A stretch of DNA of 45,791 nt, from the NCBI GenBank assembly GCA_964658355.1, contig CAZZZJ010000001.1:1-45791 (forward strand). The letters run 5' to 3'. This document shows, piece after piece, positions 37,279 through 45,791 of the stretch. Each line of letters opens with the position of its first letter. The stretch's first letter is position 1. The notes beneath the pieces are model-generated. The model ran no database searches, was not told the DNA's origin, and saw only the letters and a list, made by a program, of their open reading frames with translations. The position numbers and the translations under genes were made by a program. Source of the stretch: Beijerinckiaceae bacterium (lineage in GTDB: Bacteria > Pseudomonadota > Alphaproteobacteria > Rhizobiales > Beijerinckiaceae).

Positions 37279-38574
37279 ATGCTCGCGCTCGCCATCTTCG
37301 CGGTCACCCTCGTCTTCGTCATCTGGCAGCCGAAGGGCTTCGGGATCGGATGGAGCGCCCTGATCGGGGCCGCCGTGGCGCTGGCCACCGGGGTCATCAG
37401 CCCCGGTGACGTCCCGGTGGTCTGGCACATCGTCTGGGACGCCACCTTCACCTTCGTGGCGCTCATCATCATCTCGCTGCTGCTCGACGAGGCGGGCTTC
37501 TTCCATTGGGCCGCGCTCCACATCGCCCGCTGGGGCGGGGGTCGGGGGCGCCTGCTGTTCCCGCTGGTGATCCTGCTCGGGGCCGCCATCGCCGCGGTGT
37601 TCGCCAATGACGGCGCCGCGCTGCTGCTCACGCCCATCGTGCTGGCCATCCTGCTGCGCCTCGAATTCAAGCCGGCGGCGGCACTGGCCTTCATCGTCGC
37701 CTGCGGGTTCGTCGCGGATTCGACCAGCCTGCCGCTGGTGATCTCCAACCTCGTCAACATCGTCTCGGCGAACTTCTTCGACATCTCGTTCAGCCGCTAC
37801 GCCGCGGTGATGGTGCCGGTGAACCTCGTCTCGCTCGCGGCGACCCTTGTGGTGCTGTGGCTGTTCTACCGGCGCGACCTGCCGGCAACGTACCCTGTCG
37901 GAGAGTTGGAGGCGCCTCGAAACGCGATCCGCGACCCGCTCGTGTTCCGGGCGGCGTTCCCGCTCCTCGGACTGCTGCTGGTCGCCTACTTCGTGACGGC
38001 GCCGTTCGGCGTGCCGGTCTCGGTCGTCACCTTCGCCGGTGCCCTGATCCTGCTCGGTCTCGCGAACCGGAGCCGGGTGATCCCCATCCGCAAGGTGCTG
38101 GCGGGAGCCCCGTGGCAGATCGTGCTGTTCAGCCTCGGCATGTACCTCGTCGTCTACGGCCTCAAGAACGCCGGCCTGACCGATTACCTGGCGCAGGGCC
38201 TCGTCTGGCTCTCGGGCCACGGACCGTTCGTCGCCACCATCGGTACCGGGTTCGCCGCCGCGATCCTGTCCTCGGTGATGAACAACATGCCGAGCGTGCT
38301 GGTGGGCGCGCTCTCCATCCAACAGGCCCCGGACCTGTCGCCGCTGATGCGCGAGCTGATGGTGTACGCCAACGTCATCGGCTGCGATCTCGGCCCGAAA
38401 TTCACGCCCATCGGCAGCCTCGCTACTCTGCTCTGGCTCCACGTCCTCGACACCAAGGGCCAACGCATCACCTGGGGCCAGTACATGCGGGTCGGCCTGG
38501 TCATCACCCCGCCGGTCCTCCTCGTGACCCTAGCTGCGCTGGCGCTCTGGCTGCCGGTGCTCGGGGCCCGGTAG
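37279..38574 (+). CDS. arsB: Arsenite efflux pump ArsB
   Basis: [50 protein letters not shown]. Confidence 0.96.
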   Translation: MLALAIFAVTLVFVIWQPKGFGIGWSALIGAAVALATGVISPGDVPVVWHIVWDATFTFVALIIISLLLDEAGFFHWAALHIARWGGGRGRLLFPLVILLGAAIAAVFANDGAALLLTPIVLAILLRLEFKPAAALAFIVACGFVADSTSLPLVISNLVNIVSANFFDISFSRYAAVMVPVNLVSLAATLVVLWLFYRRDLPATYPVGELEAPRNAIRDPLVFRAAFPLLGLLLVAYFVTAPFGVPVSVVTFAGALILLGLANRSRVIPIRKVLAGAPWQIVLFSLGMYLVVYGLKNAGLTDYLAQGLVWLSGHGPFVATIGTGFAAAILSSVMNNMPSVLVGALSIQQAPDLSPLMRELMVYANVIGCDLGPKFTPIGSLATLLWLHVLDTKGQRITWGQYMRVGLVITPPVLLVTLAALALWLPVLGAR

Positions 38575-38581
38575 CGATCCG

Positions 38582-39745
38582 ATGGGTCCGGCGCGCCGCT
38601 GGCCGGTGATCTCGGCCCTTGGCGTCATCCAGATCCTGACCTGGGGCTCCTCGTTCTACCTGCCGGCGGTGCTCGCCGGCCCCATCGCCGACGGGACGGG
38701 TTGGCCGTTGGCCTGGGTGGTCGGCGGCCTGTCGGTCGGCCTTCTGGCGGCGGCCTTCGCATCGCCACGGGTCGGGCTCGCCATCCACCGGCACGGGGGC
38801 CGACCGGTCCTTGCGCTGGCGGCAGTGCTTCTCGCCGTGGGGCTCGCCATCCTCGGCGGCGCACCGAACCTGCCGGTCTACCTCGCGGGTTGGATCGTGA
38901 TCGGGCTCGGCATGGGCTGCGGCCTCTACGATCCGGCCTTCGCGACGCTCGGCCGCCTCTACGGGTCCGACGCGCGCCCCGCCATCACGACGCTGACCCT
39001 ATGGGGTGGGTTCGCCAGCACGGTCTGCTGGCCGCTCTCGGCCTTCCTCGTCGAGCGGATCGGATGGCGTGGGACCTGCCTCGCCTATGCCGGCCTGCAC
39101 ATCACGGTGACCCTGCCGCTGGCGCTCCTCATGATCCCGCCAATGCCGGCCAAGGTCGTCGGAAGCGTTCGGGAGCGCCGTGACGGAGGCACGCTCACCG
39201 CCCGCGAGCGACGGGCCTACCTGCTGATGGCGGCCGTCCTCGTGTTCGGGGGCACCGTGATGGCGATGGTCTCCGTGCACCTGATCGCGTTGCTCCAGGC
39301 GAGGGGCGTGGCCCTGGCCTCCGCCGTCACGTACGGCGCGCTGATCGGACCGGCACAGGTCGGTGCCCGTCTCGTCGAGATGGCGGGCAAGGGCCGCCAC
39401 CATCCGCTCTGGACGCTGGCCGCCGCCATGGCGCTGGTGTCCCTAGGCCTCGGCATCCTGGCTGCCGGCCTTCCCGCGGTCGGCGTCGCGCTGGTCCTGT
39501 ATGGGGCCGGCAACGGCATCTACTCCATCGCCCGTGGTGCGGTCCCGCTCGCCCTCTTCGGGCCGGTTCGCTACCCTGTGCTGATCGGGCGCCTCGCCCG
39601 GCCCGGGCTGATCGCCCAGGCGCTGGCGCCTGCGCTCGGAGCCCTAGCGCTGGCTTATGGCGGTCCGGACGTGGCCTACGGCCTGCTGCTGATACTCGCC
39701 CTGGCAAATCTCGGATTGGCGGTCACGCTCCTTCGCAACGGATAG
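38582..39745 (+). CDS. MFS transporter in the ars operon (ArsK-like)
   Basis: LGVIQILTWGSSFY, LYDPAFATL, GGFASTVCWP, LIGPAQVGAR; 7 bp after arsB. Confidence 0.85.
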   Translation: MGPARRWPVISALGVIQILTWGSSFYLPAVLAGPIADGTGWPLAWVVGGLSVGLLAAAFASPRVGLAIHRHGGRPVLALAAVLLAVGLAILGGAPNLPVYLAGWIVIGLGMGCGLYDPAFATLGRLYGSDARPAITTLTLWGGFASTVCWPLSAFLVERIGWRGTCLAYAGLHITVTLPLALLMIPPMPAKVVGSVRERRDGGTLTARERRAYLLMAAVLVFGGTVMAMVSVHLIALLQARGVALASAVTYGALIGPAQVGARLVEMAGKGRHHPLWTLAAAMALVSLGLGILAAGLPAVGVALVLYGAGNGIYSIARGAVPLALFGPVRYPVLIGRLARPGLIAQALAPALGALALAYGGPDVAYGLLLILALANLGLAVTLLRNG

Positions 39746-39912
39746 ATGCCGCGCGTCGAGGGCCATAGGCGACCGACGTAGGAGTCCCCGTGCGCTGACG
39801 GGATGGATACGACCGTGTGGCCTGTTACGTCACGCCGGGCAAGCTCCTCGGCTTGAAGAAATCGGTCATGCCTGAATGCCATCGAGGCGCGAGGTCGCGA
39901 GGACCGCCAGGT

Positions 39913-40110
39913 TCAGCTTTCCCCATCCACGAGCGTGCCTTCGCCGACCTGTGAAACGCGGCGAGGCAACTCGCGGACAAGCGCCGTTCGCCTGAAGGGG
40001 GTCAGCTTCCGCCAGGCACGGATTTCCGGAACGGTGCGGCCGCATCCCAAGCACCACCCGGTCCTGCCGTCGACGCGGCAGACCCCCGTGCACGGATCGT
40101 CCTTCCTCAT
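39913..40110 (-). CDS. DUF1289 family Cys-rich protein
   Basis: PCTGVCRVD..GWCLGCGRT..EI..W. Confidence 0.85.
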   Translation of the reverse strand: MRKDDPCTGVCRVDGRTGWCLGCGRTVPEIRAWRKLTPFRRTALVRELPRRVSQVGEGTLVDGES

Positions 40111-40156
40111 GAGAGCGCCCTTCCGAAAACGTGCGTCCAACGGCCACTCGACATGT

Positions 40157-40173
40157 ATAGGGTAGCCCCCTAT
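40157..40173. promoter_or_regulatory. RcnR/DmeR-type operator ATAGGG-TAGCC-CCCTAT
   Basis: Inverted repeat with G/C tracts just upstream of dmeR. Confidence 0.7.
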
Positions 40174-40202
40174 GTTACTAGAGGAACGAGGAAGCCGATG
40201 TC

Positions 40203-40481
40203 ATGGCCCACACCGTCAAGGACAAGACCAAGCTCTTGGCGCGCGTGCGCCGGATCAAGGGACAGGCGGAGGCCGTCGAGCGCGCCCTGGAGGCGGAGAT
40301 CGGCTGCTCCGACGTCCTTATGCTGGTCGCCTCGATGCGCGGGGCCATCAACGGACTGACCTCCGAACTGATGGAGGAGCACATCCGCCATCACGTCGTC
40401 GATCCCGCACACGAACCCGATCCGAACCGTGCCAGGGGTGCGTCCGAGCTGATCGAGGTCATCCGCACCTACCTGAAGTGA
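40203..40481 (+). CDS. dmeR: CsoR/RcnR-family metal-sensing repressor
   Basis: MAH....KLLARVRRIKGQ, GCSDVL, RGAINGL..ELMEEHIRHH. Confidence 0.88.
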   Translation: MAHTVKDKTKLLARVRRIKGQAEAVERALEAEIGCSDVLMLVASMRGAINGLTSELMEEHIRHHVVDPAHEPDPNRARGASELIEVIRTYLK

Positions 40482-40489
40482 GATCCCGC

Positions 40490-41776
40490 ATGGACATGAT
40501 GCACGCAAGCCCGGGGCACGCTCCCTCCGCCCCGGCCGAGGCCCACGGTCACTCACATATCTTTCTCGGCGAAGGTCATGACCGCAACGAGCGCCGGACC
40601 TGGGCCGTCATCGCGCTCTGCGGTGTCATGATGGCCGCCGAGATCGTCGGCGGCATGCTGTTCGGCTCCATCGCCCTCGTCGCCGACGGCCTGCATATGT
40701 CGACGCATGCGGGGGCCCTCCTGCTCGCCGCAATGGCCTATCGCTATGCACGCCGGCATGCCGACGATGACCGCTTCACCTTCGGGACGGGTAAGTTCGG
40801 AGACCTCGCCGGGTTCACCAGCGCCATCGTGCTCGCGATGATCGCCCTGCTGATCGCTTACGAGGCGGTGCTCCGGCTCATCGAGCCCGTGGCCATCGAC
40901 TACAACGAGACCATCGCCATCGCGGTGCTCGGCCTCGGCGTGAACCTCGCCAGCGTCTGGCTCCTGGGAAGCGACCACGACCACGGCCACGGACATCATC
41001 ACGGCCACGAGCATGGTCACGAAGACCATGACGACGCGGCGCGGACCATCGTGACACCGACGGAGACGTTCGGCCTGGAGATCCACGAGGACGGCGTGCC
41101 GCCACGCTTCCGATTGACAGCGCAGGGTGCGGAGTCCCTCGCCCCGGTCGAGGCCATGACAATCGAGACGGTACGCCCGGACGGAACGCGGCAGACTTTC
41201 GCGATGACCCGCAAGGGCGACGTCGTCGAGAGCATCGAGATGATCCCAGAGCCCCACGCCTTCGAGGCGACCCTGTGCTTCCCGGGATCGGAACGGGCCG
41301 GGTCCGTGACCTTCGAGGAGCATGCGCATGGGCATCACGGCGCCATGCACCGGGACAACAACATGCGAGCGGCCGTGGTGCACGTGGTGGCCGACGCCGC
41401 CGTCTCGGTGCTGGTGATCGGCGGCCTTTTGCTCGCCCGCTTCCTGGGTTGGACCTGGATGGATCCCTTGGCCGCCATCATCGGATCGGTCGTGATCGCG
41501 AGTTGGGCCTACACCTTGGTACGGGACACGGGTGGGGTCCTTCTCGACATGCAGCCCGATCAGGGTCTCGTCCGGAAGGTGCGGAGCGTCATCGAGGAAC
41601 AGGGCGACCGCGTCGCCGACCTGCACGTGTGGCGGTTGGGCCCCGGTCACCTCGGTGCCATCGTCTCGGTTGCCACGGCACAGGCGCGCGGGCCGGACTT
41701 CTATCGTCACCTTCTCGCGCCGTTCGGAAACCTGTCCCACCTCACGGTCGAGATCCGTATGGTGCCGCGCCGATAG
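40490..41776 (+). CDS. dmeF: CDF-family Co/Ni efflux transporter DmeF
   Basis: SIALVADGLHMSTH, FTFGTGKFGDLAGF, His-rich loop, DNNMRAAVVHVVADA, DLHVWRLGPGH. Confidence 0.92.
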   Translation: MDMMHASPGHAPSAPAEAHGHSHIFLGEGHDRNERRTWAVIALCGVMMAAEIVGGMLFGSIALVADGLHMSTHAGALLLAAMAYRYARRHADDDRFTFGTGKFGDLAGFTSAIVLAMIALLIAYEAVLRLIEPVAIDYNETIAIAVLGLGVNLASVWLLGSDHDHGHGHHHGHEHGHEDHDDAARTIVTPTETFGLEIHEDGVPPRFRLTAQGAESLAPVEAMTIETVRPDGTRQTFAMTRKGDVVESIEMIPEPHAFEATLCFPGSERAGSVTFEEHAHGHHGAMHRDNNMRAAVVHVVADAAVSVLVIGGLLLARFLGWTWMDPLAAIIGSVVIASWAYTLVRDTGGVLLDMQPDQGLVRKVRSVIEEQGDRVADLHVWRLGPGHLGAIVSVATAQARGPDFYRHLLAPFGNLSHLTVEIRMVPRR

Positions 41777-42075
41777 AGGCATTGCGCCTTCCGTCTCGCT
41801 GACACGTCTCGGACTTCTCGGAGGCCCCCGTGCTGCCCCGGCAGGGGCGACATTCGGTCCAACCGCCGAGACGGTCCCTCTCGGTCCGTTCGCAGCCTCG
41901 GTGCCCGGCAACGAGACCGCCTCCGATGAGTGGCCAAGTGCCGCCTTGAGAAAAATTGCGGTCGTCGGAATCGGCGACTCGCGAAATCACGCTTCGTCGC
42001 GAGGCTCGGAGCGCCTCTATCAAAGGGGACGACCGTGCCGAACGGGGTAAAGCCCCACCCGATTATAGCCCGGTC

Positions 42076-43407
42076 TCAACCCGCCCTGGCAGGCCATTGC
42101 CGGTGCAGGTCGTCGATGACGAAGGCATGCTCGTGCCGACCGTGTCCGATCCCCTGGACGTGGGGATGGGACGGGTCGAGATCCCCGTGGGCATGTTCGA
42201 CGACATCCGGGTCTGACGCGGGCCAGAGCAAGGCGGCCGCCACGACCCCCGCGACGGTCAGCGCGCCGAGGACCGCCAGGGTCGTCGGCATCCCGACGGT
42301 GGCGCCGAGCCATCCCGCCAGCGGGTAGGTCACGAGCCACGACGCGTGCGAGAGCGCGAACTGGGCGGCGAACACCGCCGGCCGGTCCTCGGGGCTCGCC
42401 GAGCGACGCAGCAGGCGTCCCGTAGGCGTCTGGGCGGCTGAGTAGCCGATCCCAAGGGCCAGCCACGTCCCGAGCAGCACCGGCCAGTCGATGGACCCGC
42501 CCCAGGTCAGCACCGCGACCCCGACGAGGACGACGCCAAGGAAGGCCGCGGACGGCAGCATGACGCCACGGTCTGACAAGCGGTCGAGCACCCGCGGCAG
42601 CACCAGGGCCGCGATCATCGAGCCGCCCCCGAAGAGCCCGAGCGCGATGGCGACGTCGTTCTGGGGGCGTCCGAGCAGGGCCTGGACGATCACCACGGTG
42701 TTGACGATGACCATCGCCCCTGCAGTGGCGACCGCGAGGTTGAGGGCGAGCAGGCCCCGAAGGCGCGGGGTCGCCAGGTAGATCCGCAGGCCTCGCGTGG
42801 TGCGGTCGTAGATCCCACCGGTGCGCTCCCTCCGCGTCGCCGCCGGCAACGTCACCGAGACGACCAGCGCCGCCGAGCACAGGAAGCCCACGACGGTGCC
42901 GCCGAACAACCAGTTGTAGCTGATGACCGTGAGCAGCAGGGCCGCCAGGGTCGGGCTGAGCAGGTTCTCCAGGTCGTAGGCGAGGCGCGAGAGCGACAGC
43001 GCCCGGGTGTAGTCGCGCTCGTCAGGCAGGATGTCCGGGATGGTGGCCTGGAAGGTCGGGGTAAACGCCGCCGAGGCCGACTGAAGCACGAAGATAAGGA
43101 CGTAGATCTGCCATACCTGATCGACGAAGGGCAGCATCAACGCGATGGCGGCCCGGACGAGGTCCGTAGCCACCAGGAAGGCACGGCGGGGAAGTTGCCC
43201 GGTGAACGCGCCGGCCACGGGAGCGACCACGACGTAGGCGACCATCTTGATCGCGAGGGCGGTGCCGAGAACCGCTCCGGCCCGGTCCCCGGCCAGCCGG
43301 TAGGCCAGCAGCCCCAGAGCGACCGTGAGCAAGCCTGTGCCGATTAGGGCGATGACCTGGGCGGCGAAGAGATGCCGGTAGGTCCGGTTCGCAAGGACGG
43401 CGAGCAT
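42076..43407 (-). CDS. nreB: MFS nickel-resistance transporter NreB-like
   Basis: YRHLFAAQVIALIGTGL, SRLAYDLE, FAAQFALSH, His-rich C-terminus (HEHAFVIDDLH). Confidence 0.85.
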   Translation of the reverse strand: MLAVLANRTYRHLFAAQVIALIGTGLLTVALGLLAYRLAGDRAGAVLGTALAIKMVAYVVVAPVAGAFTGQLPRRAFLVATDLVRAAIALMLPFVDQVWQIYVLIFVLQSASAAFTPTFQATIPDILPDERDYTRALSLSRLAYDLENLLSPTLAALLLTVISYNWLFGGTVVGFLCSAALVVSVTLPAATRRERTGGIYDRTTRGLRIYLATPRLRGLLALNLAVATAGAMVIVNTVVIVQALLGRPQNDVAIALGLFGGGSMIAALVLPRVLDRLSDRGVMLPSAAFLGVVLVGVAVLTWGGSIDWPVLLGTWLALGIGYSAAQTPTGRLLRRSASPEDRPAVFAAQFALSHASWLVTYPLAGWLGATVGMPTTLAVLGALTVAGVVAAALLWPASDPDVVEHAHGDLDPSHPHVQGIGHGRHEHAFVIDDLHRQWPARAG

Positions 43408-43418
43408 GACGGTGGGTC

Positions 43419-43685
43419 CTAGAGGTACTTCGCCATGGCCTTGAACTCGGATAGGGCGTCCTTGGCGGACTTGCCCCCGTGTTCGACGCCGTCCGCCAGG
43501 CAATGCTCCATGTGGTCCTCGATCAGCACGCGCTTCGCGTTTGTGATCGCGCTCTCGACCGCGTGGAGCTGCTGGGCGAGGTCCACGCAAGGTCGCCCCT
43601 CCTCGATCATGGCGATGACGCCGGCGAGATGGCCGTGGGCGCGCTTGAGGCGCTTGACGATGTCGGGGTGCGACGCGTGCTGCAT
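43419..43685 (-). CDS. nreA: CsoR-family repressor NreA-like
   Basis: HPDIVKRLKRAHGHL, PCVDLAQQLHAVE, DHMEHCL. Confidence 0.88.
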   Translation of the reverse strand: MQHASHPDIVKRLKRAHGHLAGVIAMIEEGRPCVDLAQQLHAVESAITNAKRVLIEDHMEHCLADGVEHGGKSAKDALSEFKAMAKYL

Positions 43686-43690
43686 GTTGA

Positions 43691-43714
43691 CATCCTATCC
43701 CCCCGGGTGGGATG
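43691..43714. promoter_or_regulatory. CsoR/RcnR-type operator CATCCTATCCCCCCGGGTGGGATG
   Basis: Imperfect inverted repeat with a C-tract just upstream of nreA. Confidence 0.55.
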
Positions 43715-43760
43715 TGGGAAGACGGATTTGCGGCCCAGTACGGCTGCATCGGGCGGAGGC

Positions 43761-44120
43761 GTGGCGTCGAGGGTGGGTCGGATCGGGCGGTTCCTATCGG
43801 TGCTCGTCGCAATCGTGCTGATGGCGACCTCGGTCATGCCGTTGGTCGCGGAAGCGCGCGGCGATAGCGCGGCCGCCCATGTCCACGCCTTCCACGGGAT
43901 CGATCACGGCGACGACCACGACGGCGATCATGGTCCCGACGGGTCCGGTCCGGGTGACCTTGCCCATCACGCGCATTCCCACGCGCAGACCCTGGCGACT
44001 GCCCACCCATCCGGCATGCCGATGTCCGCGAGAGGCACCGACGTCCGGTTCCAGCCCGTCCACCACCTCGCCCGAAGGAGCGGCGAAGGCAGGGCGCCGT
44101 TCGAGCCACCTAGGGGCTGA
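43761..44120 (+). CDS. His-rich exported protein preceding the RND metal efflux genes
   Basis: GGAGG RBS before GTG 43761; signal/TM segment, His-rich stretch, C-terminal PFEPPR. Confidence 0.65.
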   Translation: MASRVGRIGRFLSVLVAIVLMATSVMPLVAEARGDSAAAHVHAFHGIDHGDDHDGDHGPDGSGPGDLAHHAHSHAQTLATAHPSGMPMSARGTDVRFQPVHHLARRSGEGRAPFEPPRG

Positions 44121-44204
44121 GGCTGGGCCGCCCGGCACCGTCGGGCCCTTTCCTCCAACGCACCTGCGCTCCCCGGGCCTGCCATTCGGCGGCACCCGGC
44201 GGCG

Positions 44205-45464
44205 TTGGCTCATGGCATCGACATGTTCAGACGTACCCTCCTTGTCCTGGGGGCTGTCGGCGGCGGCTTCCTGATCGCGACCGTCTGGCCGGGCGCACCG
44301 GACGCGCTCCGGTCACGCCTTGCGCAAAGCGGGCTTCTCCCAACCACTCCCGCTGCCACCGGCAGCCCTGCATCGATGCCGGCGGCGGTACCGAAGCCCG
44401 AGGAGCCGGGCCTCGTCCGATTGACCCAGGACCAGATCGCCAAGGCCGGCATCCGCACCGACGCCGTCCAGGGCGGTCGGCTCGCCCGCCACCTCCACGT
44501 GCCGGGCACCATCGTCCCGAGCGCCAACAACACCGCCCGCATCGCGGTGAAGACCCAGGGGACGGTGGCTGAGCTGCGCAAGGGCCTCGGCGACCGGGTC
44601 GCCAAGGGCGAGGTCGTCGCCCTGCTCGACAGCCGCGAGATCGCCGACACCAAGAGCGAGTACCTCGCCGCCCGCCTGTCCGCCGGCCTGCAGAAGACCC
44701 TGTACGAGCGCGACCAGTCGCTGTGGGACAAGCGCATCTCGTCCGAGCAGCAGTACCTTCGTTCTCAGGCGAGCTACGAGGAGCTCAAGGTCAAGGTCGA
44801 TTCGGCCCGGCGCAAGCTCACTTTTCTTGGGTTGAGCCCCGCCGAGATCGAGGCCCTGCCGACCCTGCCGGCGGCGCAGTTCGAGCGACAGGAGATCCGG
44901 TCCCCCATCGCCGGAAAGATCGTCGAACGCAGGGTCGACCTCGGCGCCGCGGTAGGACGCGACAACCTGGAGACCGAGCTCTACAGTGTGGTCAACCTTG
45001 CCCAGGTCTGGGTCGACCTCGCGGTCTCTCCGGGCGACCTGCCGCTGGCGCGCGAGGGCCAGACGGTCACCGTGTGGACCCAGGCGACCGGCGAGCGCGC
45101 CGAGGGCAGGATCGTCTTCATCGGCCCGGTCCTCGACCAGAACACCCGCGCCGCCCGGGTCGTGGCCGAGTTGCCCAACCCCGAGGAGCGGTGGCGGCCC
45201 GGGTCCTTCGTATCGGCGGAGATCGCGGTCTCGGACAAGCCGGTGCGCACCCTCGTCCCCTCCGAGGCGATCCAGACCATCGCGGGCAAGCCGACCGTGT
45301 TCGTGAAGGTCGAGGGCGGCTTCGAGGCGAGACCCATCGGAGTCGGGCGCTCCGACGACGGGCACGTCGAGATCACCACGGGGCTGGAGCCCGGCGACGT
45401 CATCGTCATCGGCAACAGCTTCATCCTGAAGGCCGAGCTCGGCAAGGCCGCGGCGGAGGACTGA
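44205..45464 (+). CDS. RND efflux periplasmic adaptor (CzcB/CusB family)
   Basis: LGDRVAKGEVVALLDS, IRSPIAGKIVER, WRPGSFV, VPSEAIQ, SFILKAELGK. Confidence 0.93.
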   Translation: MAHGIDMFRRTLLVLGAVGGGFLIATVWPGAPDALRSRLAQSGLLPTTPAATGSPASMPAAVPKPEEPGLVRLTQDQIAKAGIRTDAVQGGRLARHLHVPGTIVPSANNTARIAVKTQGTVAELRKGLGDRVAKGEVVALLDSREIADTKSEYLAARLSAGLQKTLYERDQSLWDKRISSEQQYLRSQASYEELKVKVDSARRKLTFLGLSPAEIEALPTLPAAQFERQEIRSPIAGKIVERRVDLGAAVGRDNLETELYSVVNLAQVWVDLAVSPGDLPLAREGQTVTVWTQATGERAEGRIVFIGPVLDQNTRAARVVAELPNPEERWRPGSFVSAEIAVSDKPVRTLVPSEAIQTIAGKPTVFVKVEGGFEARPIGVGRSDDGHVEITTGLEPGDVIVIGNSFILKAELGKAAAED

Positions 45465-45467
45465 GCC

Positions 45468-45791
45468 ATGATCCGCCCGATCCTCGCCTTCTCCGTCACC
45501 AATCGCTACGCGGTCATCCTGGTGACCCTCATCGCCACCGCCCTCGGCGCGTGGTCGCTGTCCCGGCTACCCATCGACGCCGTGCCCGACGTCACCAACA
45601 ACCAGGTCCAGATCAACGCCGTCGCCACGTCGCTGACGCCGGTCGAGATCGAGAAGCAGGTCACGGTGCTGATCGAGCGGGCGCTCGCCGGGACCCCCGG
45701 CCTGGAGACCATGCGCTCGTTCTCGCGCAACGGCTTCGCCCAGCTCACCGCGGTGTTCAGCGACAAGGTCGACGTCTACTTCGCCCGCGCC
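45468..45791 (+). CDS. CzcA/CusA heavy-metal RND transporter (5' part, truncated by the window)
   Basis: MIRPILAFSV..RYAVIL, LPIDAVPDVTNNQVQIN, EIEKQVT, RSFSRNGFAQLTAVF. Confidence 0.92.
   Translation, partial: MIRPILAFSVTNRYAVILVTLIATALGAWSLSRLPIDAVPDVTNNQVQINAVATSLTPVEIEKQVTVLIERALAGTPGLETMRSFSRNGFAQLTAVFSDKVDVYFARA

Larger units (their letters stand above)
22257..45791. mobile_element. Second genomic island (defence plus heavy-metal resistance); right end outside the window
   Basis: Integrase beside the tRNA 5' end followed only by accessory genes; no att repeat seen in the window. Confidence 0.55.

Noticed and set aside
36685-41911. Long minus-strand ORFs (592 aa and 452 aa)
   Set aside because: Shadows of arsC/arsB and dmeF

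Overview
GC-rich alphaproteobacterial (Methylobacterium-like) chromosome segment built around a tRNA-Arg(TCT) gene at 21950-22026 (-), with a tyrosine integrase gene on each side. Left end: host genes msrB and a YihY/BrkB membrane protein. From 2173 to 21966 lies a ~19.8-kb element bounded by an 18-bp direct repeat of the tRNA 3' end. It encodes an integrase, an excisionase-like HTH, an RHH repressor with operators, a serine resolvase with a res site and two HEPN-like cargo genes. It also encodes what looks like a stand-alone N-terminal (promoter-binding) domain of a T7-type RNA polymerase, two T7-like promoter motifs, two paralogous HNH-like proteins lacking catalytic residues, and two large T7-gp15/gp16-like internal-virion (DNA ejection) proteins, one with three peptidoglycan-hydrolase domains. 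No capsid, portal, terminase, tail or replication gene is recognisable, so it looks like an undescribed satellite of T7-like (Autographiviridae) phages that carries its own ejection proteins; a decayed prophage is the alternative. Right of the tRNA a second integrase starts another island. It holds a type II Bil-like ubiquitination defence operon (3-domain Ubl, E2, JAB, E1) downstream of an unusual module: ECF-like sigma factor, XRE-HTH protein and an ImmA/IrrE peptidase-UvrD helicase-nuclease fusion. A heavy-metal resistance block follows (arsH, arsR, two arsC, arsB, MFS; dmeRF; nreAB; czcB/czcA-like, truncated by the window end). All family assignments come from motif reading by eye; no searches were run.
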